Assembly: GCA_964016885.1 (NCBI GenBank)
Contig: OZ024745.1
Coordinates: 10,726,001-10,790,000, forward strand
Reading direction: 5' to 3'
From: Eledone cirrhosa
Taxonomy: Eukaryota
DNA: 64,000 nt
Shown in pieces: positions 55,401 to 64,000 of this stretch. How positions within the stretch are numbered: position 1 is the first letter of the stretch; every line of letters begins with the position of its first letter. The notes below the pieces were generated by a model. The model had not been told where the DNA came from. It ran no database searches and saw only the letters and a list, made by a program, of their open reading frames with translations. A program made the translations under genes and the position numbers.

Positions 55401-57940
55401 AATAGTTGAGTATCTGTTGTAGAGAGTGATACAGTTTGAAAGGAGGTTAATAGTTGAGTATCTATTGTAGAGAGTGATACAGTTTGAAAAGTAGTTAATA
55501 GTTGAGCATCTGTTGTAGAGTGTGACACAGTTTGAAACGAACTTAATAGTTGAGTATCTGTTGTAGAGAGTGAAACAGTTTGAAAGGAGCTTAATAGTTG
55601 AGTATCTATTGTAGAGAGTGATACAGTTTGAAAGGAAGTTAATAGTTAGGTATCTGTTGTAGAGAGTGACACAGTTTGAAAGGAAGTTAATAGTTGCGTA
55701 TCTGTTGTAGAGTGTGATACATTTTGAAAGGAAGTTAATAGTTGAGTATCCGTTGTAGAGAGCGACACAAATTGAAAGGAAGTTAATAGTTGAGTATCTA
55801 TTGTAGAGAGTGACACAGTTTGAAAGGAAGGTAATAGTTGAGTATCTGTTGTAGAGAGTGATACAGTTTGAAAGGAAGTTAATAGTGGAGTATCTGTTGT
55901 AGAGAGTGACACAATTTGAAAAGAAGGTAATAGTTGAGTATCTGTTGTAGAGAGGGAAACAGTTTGAAAGGAGGTTAATAGTTGAGTATCTATTGTAGAG
56001 AGTGATACAGTTTGAAAGGTAGTTAATAGTTGAGTATCTGTTGTAGGGAGTGACACAGTTTGAAAGGAAGTTAATAGATGTGTATCTGTTGTAGAGAGTG
56101 ACACAGTTTGAAAGGAAGTTAATAATTGAGTATCTATTGTAGAGAGTGATACAGTTTGAAAGGAAGGTAATAGTTGAGTATCTGTTGTAGAGAGTGATAC
56201 AGTTTGAAAGGAAGTTAATAGTTGAGTATCTATTGTAGAGAGTGACACAGTTTGAAAGTAAGGTAATAATTGAGTATCTGTTCTAGAGAGTGACACAGTT
56301 TGAAAGGAAGGTAATAGTTGAGTATCTGTTGTAGAGAGTGATACAGTTTGAAAGGAAGTTAATAGTTGAATATCTGTTGTAGAGAGTGACACAATTTGAA
56401 AGGAGGTTAGTAGTTGAGTATCTGTTGTAGAGAGTGATACAGTTTGAAAGGGAGGTAATAGTTGAGTATATATTGTAGAGAGTGACACAGTTTGAAAAAA
56501 GGTAATATTTGAGTATCTATTGTAGAGAGTGACACAGTTTGAGAGGAAGGTAATAGTTGAGTATCTGTTGTAGAGAGTGACACAGTTTGAAAGGAGGGTA
56601 ATTGTTGAGTAGCTATTGTAGAGAGTGACTCAGTTTGAAAGGAAGGTAATTGTTGAGTATCTGTTGTAGAGAGTGACACAATTTGAAAGGAAGGTAATAG
56701 TTGAGTATCTGTCGTAGCGAGTGTCACAGTTGGAAAGGAGGTTAATAGTTGAGTATCTGTTGCAGAGAGTTACACAGTTTGAAAGGAAGTTAATTGTTGA
56801 GTATCTGTTGTAGAGAGTGATACAGTCTGAAAGGAAGGTAATAGTTGAGTATCTGTCGCAGAGAGTGTCACATTTTGAAAGGAAGTTAATAGTTGAATAT
56901 CTGTTGTAGAGAGTGACACAGTTTGAAAGGAAGGTAATAGTTGAGTATTTGTTGCAGAGAGTTACACAGTTTGAAAGGAAGTTAATTGTTGAGTATTTGT
57001 TGTAGAGAGTGATACAGTTTGAAAGGAAGGTAATAGTTCAGTATCTGTTGTGGAGAGTGACACAGTTTGAAAGGAAGTTAATAATTGCGTATCTATTGTA
57101 GAGAGTGATACAGTTTGAAAGGAAGGTAATAGTTGAGTATCTGTTGTAGAGAGTGATACAGTTTGAAAGGTAATATTTGAGTATCTATTGTAGAGAGTGA
57201 TACAGTTTGAAAGGAGGTTAATAGTTGAGTATCTGTTGGAGAGAGTGACACAGTTGGAAAGGAAGATAATAGTTGAGTATTTGTTGTAGAGAGTGACAGT
57301 TTGAAAGAAAGGTAATATTTGAGTATCTATTGTAGAGAGTGACACAGTTTGAAAGGAAGTTAATAGTTGAGTATCTATTGTAGAGAGTGACACAGTTTGA
57401 AAGGAAGGTAATACTTGAGTATCTGTTGTAGAGAGTGATACAGTTTGAAAGGTAGGTAATAGTTGAGTATCTGTTGTAGAGAGTGCCACAGTTCGAAAGG
57501 AACTTAATAGTTGAGTATCTGTTGTAGAGAGTGACACAGTTTGAAAGGAGGTTAATAGTTGAGTATCTATTGTAGAGAGTGACACAGTTTGAAAGGAAGG
57601 TAATAGTAGACTGTTTGTTGTAGAGAGTGATACTGTTTTAAAGGAAGGTAATAGTTGAGTATCTATTGTAGAGAGTGACACAATTTGAAATGAAGGTATT
57701 AGATGAGTATCTGTTGTAGAGAGTGACACAATTTGAAAGGAAGTTAATAGTTGAGTATCTGTTGTAGAGAGTGACACAGTTTGAAAGGAAGGTAACAGTT
57801 GATTATCTGTTGTAGAGAGTGATACTTTTTGAAAGGAAGTTAATAGTTGAGTATCTGTTGTAGAGAGTGACACAGTTTGAAAGGAACGTAATAGTTGAGT
57901 ATCTATTGTAGAGAGTGACACAGTTTGAAAGGAAGTTAAT

Positions 57941-58463
57941 AGTTGAGTATCTGTTGTAGAGAGTGATACAGTTTGAAAGGAAGGAAATAATTCATTTTTT
58001 ATTGTAGAGAGTGACACAATTTGAAAGGAAGGTTTTAGTTGAGTATCTGTTGTAGAGAGTGACACAGTTTGAAAGGAAGTTAATAGTTGAGTATCTGTTG
58101 TAGAGAGTGACTCAGTTTGAAAGGAAGTTAATAGTTGAGTATCTGTTGTAGAGAGTGATACAGTTTGAAAGGAAGGTAACAGTTGAGTATCTGTTGTAGA
58201 GAGTGATACAGTTTGAAAGGAAGGAAATAATTCATTTTTTATTGTAGAGAGTGACACAATTTGAAAGGAAGGTTTTAGTTGAGTATCTGTTGTAGAGAGT
58301 GACACAGTTTGAAAGGAAGTTAATAGTTGAGTATCTGTTGTAGAGAGTGACTCAGTTTGAAAGGAAGTTAATAGTTGAGTATCTGTTGTAGAGAGTGATA
58401 CAGTTTGAAAGGAAGGTAACAGTTGAGTATCTGTTGTAGAGAGTGATACAGTTTGAAAGGAAG
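57941..58463. repeat. Exact 240-bp (5-monomer) tandem duplication
   Basis: 57961-58200 and 58201-58440 are identical, including the aberrant monomer AAGGAAATAATTCATTTTTTATTG. Confidence 0.95.
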
Positions 58464-60024
58464 TTAATAGTTGAGTATCTGTTGTAGAGAGTGACACAGT
58501 TTGAAAGGAATGTAATAGTTGATTATCTATTGTAGAGAGTGACACAGTGTGAAAGTAAGGTAATAGTTGAGTATCTGTTGTAGAGAGTGATACAGTTTGA
58601 AAGGAAGGTAATAGTTCAGTATTTATTGTAGAGAGTGATACAGTTTGAAAGGAAGGTATTAGTTGAGTATCTGTTGTAGAGAGTGATACAGTTTGAAAGG
58701 AAGGTCATAGGTGAGTATCTGTTGTAGAGAGTGACACAGTTTGAAAGGAAGTTAATACTTGAGTATCTATTGTAGAGAGTGACACAGTTTGAAAGGAAGG
58801 TAATAGTTGAGTATCTGTTGTAGCGAGTGATACAGTTTGTAAGGAAGTTAATAATTGAGTATCTGTTGTAGAGAGTGACACAATTTTAAAGGAAGGTAAT
58901 ATTTGAGTATCTGTTGTAGAGAGTGATACAGTTTGAAAGGAAGGTATTAGTAGAGTATCTGTTGTAGAGAGTGACACAGTTTGAAAGGAAGTTAATAGTT
59001 GAGTATCCGTTGTAGAGAATGACACAGTTTTAAAGGAAGGTAATAGTTCAGTATATATTGTAGAGAGTGACACAAGTTGAAAGGAAGGTATTAGTTGAGT
59101 ATCTGTTGTAGAGAGTGATACAGTTTGAAAGGAAGGTAATAGTTGAGTATCTGTTGTAGAGAGTGATACAGTTTGAAAGGAAGGTAATAGTTGAGTATCT
59201 GTTGTAGAGAGTGATACAGTTTGAAAGGAAGGTAATAGTTGAGTATCTATTGTAGAGAGTGACACAAGTTGAAAGGAAGGTATTAGTTGAGTATCTGTTG
59301 TAAAGAGTGACACAGTTTGAAAGGAAGTTAATAGTTGAGTATTTGTTGTAGAGAGTGACACAGTTTGAAAGGAAGTTAATAGTTGAGTATCTGTTGTAGA
59401 GAGTGACACAGTTTGAAAGGAAGGTAACAGTTGAGTATCTGTTGTAGAGAGTGATACAGTTTGAAAGGAAGGTAATAGTTGAGTATCTGTTGTAGAGAGT
59501 GACACAGTTTAAAAGGAAGGGAATAGTTGCGTATCTGTTGTAGAGAGTGATACAGTTTGAAAGGAAGGTAATAGTTGAGTATCTGTTGTAGAGAGTGATA
59601 CAGTTTGAAAGGAAGGTAATATGTGAGTATCTGTTGTAGAGAGTGACACAGTTTGAAAGGAAGGTAACAGTTGAGTATCTGTTGTAGAGAGTGATACAGT
59701 TTGAAAGGAAGGTAATAGTTGAGTATCTGTTGTAGAGAGTGACACAGTTTGAAAGGAAGGTAATAGTTGCGTATCTGTTGTAGAGAGTGATACAGTTTGA
59801 AAGGAAGGTATTAGTTGAGTATCTGTTGTAGAGAGTGATACAGTTTGAAAGGAAGGTAATAGGTGAGTATCTGTTGTAGAGAGTGACACAGTTTGAAAGG
59901 AAGGTAATAGGTGAGTATCTGTTGTAGAGAGTGACACAGTTTGTAAGGACGGTAATAGTTGAGTATCTATTGTAGAGAGTGATACAGTTTGAAAGGAAGG
60001 TATTAGTTGAGTATCTATTGTAGA

Positions 60025-60135
60025 GATTGTTAATTATCCCTATCTGATTGTTACTGATTGTTAATTATCTTATCTGATTGTTACTAATTGTTAATTATTT
60101 TTTCTGATTGTTACTGATTGTTAATTATCTTATCT
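60025..60135. repeat. 30-bp tandem repeat, ~3.7 copies (GATTGTTAATTATCTTATCTGATTGTTACT)
   Basis: Units start at 60025, 60056, 60086 and 60116. Each has an internal 10-bp substructure. Confidence 0.9.
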
Positions 60136-60173
60136 TCATAACAGTCAAATTCTACCTGGGAAGAATTTAAACA

Positions 60174-60918
60174 AGATGTAACTCAACACAGATGTAACTC
60201 AACACAGGTGTAACTCAACACATATGTAACTCAACACAGATGTAACTCAACATAGGTGTAACTCAACACCGATGTAACTCAATGCAGGTGTAACTCAACG
60301 CAGATGTAACTCAACACAGATGTAACTCAACACAGGTATAACTTAACACTGAATTAACTCCACATAGATGTAACTTAAGCCAGATGTAACTCAACGCAGA
60401 TGTAACTCAACCCAGATGTAACTCAACACAGATATAACTCAATCCAGGTGTAACTTAAAACAGGTGTAACTCAACACAGATGTAACTCAACCCAGGTGTA
60501 ACTCAACACAAGTGTAACTCATCCCAGATGTAACTCAACCCAGGTGTAACTCAACATAGCTGTAACTTAACACAAGTGTAACTCAACATAGATGTAACTC
60601 AACCCAGATGTAACTCAACACAGATGTAATTTAACACAGGTGTAACTCAACCCGGTGTAACTCAACACAGGTGTAACTCAACAGAGATGTAATTTAACAC
60701 AGATGTAACTCAACACAGGTGTAACTCAACACAGATGTAACTTACCACAGGTGTAACTCAACCCAGGTGTAACTCAACCCAGATGTAACTCAACCCAGGT
60801 GTAACTCAAGACAGGTGTAACTCAACACAGATGTAACTCAACACAGATGTAACTCAACCCAGGTGTAACTCAGGACAGGTGTAACTCAACACAGATGTAA
60901 CTCAACACGGGTGTAACT
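60174..60918. repeat. 16-bp minisatellite, ~46 copies (AGRTGTAACTCAACAC)
   Basis: GATGTAACTCAACACA / GGTGTAACTCAACCCA units are read directly, with a one-base-short unit near 60651. Confidence 0.97.
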
Positions 60919-61012
60919 AAATACTGTTAAATATTTTAAGTTTCTTCTACTGTGTTAAGATCAATAGCAACAATATATATTGTTATATCGATTAATAAAC
61001 TACATAATAGTA

Positions 61013-61172
61013 TGGCACAAGGTCAGCAAGTGTAATACTGGTACTTTATTTTATTGACCACGTAAGGAGGAAAGACAAAGTTAACCTCGGCGGGATTTGA
61101 ACTCAGAACTTAAAGGGTCGTAACTCTATGCTGCAGAGCATGGTGTCTGACGCTCTACCGATTACTACCATC
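61013..61172 (-). mobile_element. Degenerate tRNA-derived SINE, probably internally deleted; resembles an abundant Octopus SINE family
   Basis: The minus strand reads TGGTAGTAATCGGTAGAGCGTCAGAC (A-box/D-arm-like; compare tRNA-Lys TCGGTAGAGCATCAGAC), then GAGTTCAAATCCCG (B box), then CCGAGGTTAACTTTGTCTTTCCTCCTTACGTGGTCAATAAAATAAAGTACCAG and CCTTGTGCC. The family resemblance is from memory, not a search. Confidence 0.75.
61092..61104 (-). promoter_or_regulatory. Pol III internal promoter B box of the SINE
   Basis: Plus-strand GGGATTTGAACTC is minus-strand GAGTTCAAATCCC, which fits GTTCRANNC. An A-box-like segment lies at 61170-61151. Confidence 0.65.
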
Positions 61173-61248
61173 AACAAATAGCTGATCACTACCAATCGAT
61201 CAATCGATAAACTTGGCAATTCAAAGCTTATTTATCTTAAGTGGTGGG

Positions 61249-62667
<1,419 letters not shown>

Positions 62668-62673
62668 AAATGT

Positions 62674-62802
62674 CACCACCACCACCACCACCACCACCAC
62701 CACCACCACCACCACCACCACCACCACCACCACCACCACCACCACCAACACCACCACCACCACCACCACCACCACCACCACCACCACCACCACCACCACC
62801 AC
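62674..62802. repeat. (CAC)43 microsatellite with one CAA interruption
   Basis: Read directly; joined to the TAC/TGC tract by AAATGT. Confidence 0.97.
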
Positions 62803-62964
62803 TAGTACCGTTTCTTTAACTTCCGGTGGAGGAGGAGTCCTTCTCCCCACCGCCACACTTCTCTTTTTCATTCTTTCCTTTCTAATTAAAACCTCTTTTA
62901 TATCGGAATCGGAAATTATTATTTTTTATTTTATAGCATCTATACCTTTTGTTTTCTATCTTGC

Positions 62965-62980
62965 AAAAAAAAAAAAAAAA
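62965..62980 (+). repeat. A16 homopolymer
   Basis: TTGC(A16)TAATCC. Confidence 0.9.
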
Positions 62981-62997
62981 TAATCCCCAAGTTCAAC

Positions 62998-64000
62998 ATA
63001 GAGGCCTGGTGACCCACTGAGTAATTATAGAGGCCTGGTGACCCACTGAGTCATTATAGAGGCCTGGTAACCCACTGAGTAATTATACAGGCCTGGTAAC
63101 CCACTGAGTAATTATACAGGCCCGGTAACCCACTGAGTAATTATACAGGCCTGGTAACCCACTGAGTAATTATACAGGCCTGGTGACCCACTGAGTCATT
63201 ATACAGGCCTGGTAACCCATTGAGTAATTATACAGGCCTGGTAACCCACTGAGTAATTATACAGGCCTGGTAACCCATTGAGTAATTATACAGGCCTGGT
63301 GACCCATTGAGTGATTATACAGGCCTGGTAACCCACTGAGTAATTATACAGGCCTGGTGACCAATTGAGTAATTATACAGGCCTGGTAACCCACTGAGTA
63401 ATTATACAGGCCTGGTAACCTACTGAGTAATTATACAGGCCTGGTAACCCATTGAGTAATTATACAGGCCTGGTAACCCACTGAGTAATTATACAGACCT
63501 GGTGACCCATTGAGTAATTATACAGGCCTGGTAACCCACTGAGTAATTATACAGGTCTGGTGACCCATTGAGTAATTATACAGGCCGGGTAACCCACTGA
63601 GTAATTATACAGGCCTGGTGACCCATTGAGTGATTATACAGGCCTGGTAACCCACTGAGTAATTATACAGGCCTGGTGACCCACTGAGTGATTATACAGG
63701 CCTGGTAACCCACTGAGTAATTATACAAGCCTGGTGACCCACTGAGTAATTATACAGGCCTGGTAACCCACTGAGTGATTATACAGACCTGGTAACCCAC
63801 TGAGTAATTATACAGGCCTGGTGACCCACTGAGTAATTATACAGGCCTGGTAACCCACTGAGTGATTATACAGGCCTGGTAACCCACTGAGTAATTATAC
63901 AGGCCTGGTGACCCATTGAGTGATTATACAGGCCTGGTAACCAATTGAGTGATTATACAGGCCTGGTGACCCACTGAGTGATTATACAGGCCTGGTAACC
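62998..64000. repeat. 29-bp minisatellite, at least 34 copies (ATACAGGCCTGGTRACCCAYTGAGTRATT), continues beyond right edge
   Basis: GAGGCC occurs at 63001, 63030 and 63059, giving period 29, and the unit repeats to the window end. Confidence 0.97.

Larger units (their letters stand above)
1..60026. repeat. 48-bp satellite DNA tandem array (~1,250 monomers, continues beyond left edge)
   Basis: Monomer read directly at 1-48 and repeated head-to-tail until ...GTATCTATTGTAGAGA at 60026. I saw no insertion or inversion. Common polymorphisms are GTTGT/ATTGT, GACAC/GATAC and AAGGT/AAGTT/AGGTT. Length variants are 47, 46 (CA lost), 45 and 44 bp (GAAAGGTAATATT). Consensus composition is A16 G15 T14 C3 with no CpG. 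Confidence 0.98.

Noticed and set aside
41468-58545. Resemblance of long ORFs to 16-residue ice-nucleation or TxT antifreeze repeats, or LRR-like FLSNCxTL
   Set aside because: The AGYGSTxTA Gly/Ala pattern is absent, the period is too short for an LRR, and frameshifting monomers and stops are freely propagated.
90-59937. Numerous minus-strand ORFs with 16-aa repeats (TDTQLLPSFQTVSLST, SNCVTLYNRYSTITFL, QQILNYYLPFKLCHSL)
   Set aside because: They are satellite translations. The 48-bp unit is divisible by 3 and stop-poor on the minus strand, and most starts are GTG/TTG. ORFs overlap in different frames and switch frame at 44/46/47-bp monomers, and there is no unique N- or C-terminal domain.
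61085-61172. Functional tRNA gene
   Set aside because: A/B-box-like motifs are present, but I could not form acceptor or anticodon stems and the sequence continues into a SINE-like body.
60986-61209. DRE-like ATCGAT motifs (TATCGAT at 60986; CAATCGAT x2 at 61193-61208)
   Set aside because: None is the full TATCGATA, and the pair is explained by an 8-bp micro-duplication.
62885-62980. A16 as the poly(A) tail of a retrocopy or mRNA end
   Set aside because: The nearest signal (ATTAAA at 62885-62890) is about 75 nt upstream, and no target-site duplication was seen.

Overview
Non-coding, eukaryotic-type repeat DNA; no protein-coding gene is supportable. Positions 1-~60026 are one uninterrupted head-to-tail array of a 48-bp satellite (consensus TTGAGTATCTGTTGTAGAGAGTGACACAGTTTGAAAGGAAGGTAATAG, roughly 1,250 monomers, open at the left edge). 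It has no single higher-order period. It is a nested mosaic of block duplications (96 bp to 4.7 kb) and splits into sub-domains with different diagnostic variants. The minus-strand ORFs across it are translation by-products of a stop-poor monomer whose length is divisible by 3. The last 4 kb is the array boundary, in order: a short 30-bp repeat, a 16-bp minisatellite resembling the 48-mer in inverted orientation, a degenerate minus-strand tRNA-derived SINE (recalled as similar to an abundant octopus SINE, so the source may be a cephalopod; unverified), a 1.55-kb phase-locked (TAC)/(TGC)/(CAC) microsatellite, a short unique segment with an A16 run, and a palindrome-rich 29-bp minisatellite running off the right edge. 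I found no convincing new gene system. The best leads are the possible 16-mer/48-mer ancestry, the array architecture, and a weak mucin-like Thr-rich ORF with a hydrophobic tail.
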